From: Squalus acanthias
Lineage: Eukaryota
Direction of reading: 5' to 3'
Assembly: GCA_030390025.1 (NCBI GenBank)
Contig: CM059433.1
Coordinates: forward strand, 1,736,001-1,800,000
Length of the DNA: 64,000 nt
Positions 62,900 to 64,000 of this stretch are shown here, one piece after another. The stretch's first letter is position 1. Each line of letters starts with the position of its first letter. The position numbers and the translations under genes were made by a program. The notes under the pieces were generated by a model, which did no database searches, was not told the DNA's origin, and worked only from the letters and a program-made list of their open reading frames with translations.

Positions 62900-64000
62900 G
62901 TTAGACCACACTTAGAGTACTGCGTACAGTTCTGGTCACCATATTATAAAAAGGATATAGAGGCACTGGAGAGGGTGCAGAGAAGATTTGCAAGGATGAT
63001 ACCAGAAATGCGAGGGTATACATATCAGGAGAGGATGAACAGGCTGGGTCTCTTTTCTCTTGAAAAAAGGCTGACGGGCGACCTAAGAGAGATCTTTAAA
63101 ATTATGAAAAATGTTGATAGAGTGGATACAGAGAGAATGTTTCCACTTGTGGGGAAGAGCATAACTAGAGGCCATCAATATAAGATAGTCACCAAGAAAT
63201 CCAATAGGGAATTCAGAAGAAACTTCTTTACCCAAAGAGTGGTGAGAATGTGGAACTCGCTACCACAGGGAGTGGTTGAAGCGAATAGTATAGATACATT
63301 TAAGGGGAGGTTGGATAAGCATATGAGGGAGAAGGGAATAGAGGGTTATGTTGATAGATTTAGATGAGGAAAGACGGGAGGAGGCGCGAGTGGAGCATAA
63401 ACGCCGGCATGGACTGGTCATGCCGAATGGTCTGTTTCTGTGCTGTATATCCGATGTACCCTGGGAAATACCTGGTCTGTACAGCTCAATATCACACTGC
63501 ACCCTGCCAGAACCCAAGCTAAGATGGTGTGCAACATGGTGCACTTCCACCAGCACCCTCCAACTCAGGCACAAGGAAAGAATGTGAGAAACTAATGGAT
63601 ATAGAACACAAAATATTTCTATAACAAAATGAAAAAAATTGCTAAAAGTAGATGGCCAAGAGTAAAACACAAGAGCTTCGGGCTTAGTAGTAAACCTATC
63701 AGAGATCTTGTAAAGTTGTTGATATTTTTCTGAAGTTGGATACTGGGTTAATTTAAAGCTCCAACTGATTGCAGAGGCTAATGATAAGGAGGACACAGCA
63801 TGCGATTAGGTTGTGATACAGTAGAAAGTGCAGGTGATATTGATGGAATCTTTATCTGAAAATGGAATGCACTTGCCCTCTACTGATTGACTTGTATTGG
63901 CCACTCTACATGTTGGAGGACACTGATCTAGCTGGGACCTGCTGGCCATTTCCAGTTTAAACAGAGAATTCGTTATTTGTCCTCATTGAATAATAGCTTC

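Larger units (their letters stand above)
58235..63452 (+). mobile_element. CR1 LINE of a more divergent subfamily (58235-59585 and 62900-63452), split by insertions
   Basis: RT pieces rejoin across a GTTAGA duplication (59580-59585 / 62900-62905). 3' end GCCGAATGGTCTGTTTCTGTGCTGTA. Confidence 0.9.

Overview
Eukaryotic, transposon-saturated intergenic or intronic DNA, most likely from a cartilaginous fish (shark). That assignment is inferred from the mix of CR1 LINEs, DeuSINE, RTE, L2, Harbinger and Penelope-like repeats. No host protein-coding gene can be supported; every long ORF with a recognisable product is transposon-derived. Main contents: about 15 CR1 LINE copies, including one full-length copy (ORF1 zinc-finger/SGNH esterase plus ORF2) stretched over 29.1-44.1 kb by four levels of nested insertions; two RTE LINEs, one with a 147-bp target-site duplication (TSD); three degenerate PIF/Harbinger transposons (DDE transposase plus convergent Myb/SANT gene); at least seven non-autonomous Harbinger MITEs; three Penelope-like pLTR insertions carrying minimal hammerhead ribozyme motifs; a 1.25-kb solo LTR; DeuSINE and L2 fragments; and two minisatellites. 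The most notable observations are the hammerhead-bearing inverted insertions, a hammerhead split by a MITE at its cleavage triplet, and a MITE family that retains both convergent Harbinger upstream regions and start codons 41 bp apart. I found no clearly new biological system, only unusual configurations of known element classes. Coordinates were read by eye: junctions with TSDs should be accurate to a few bp, other ends are approximate.
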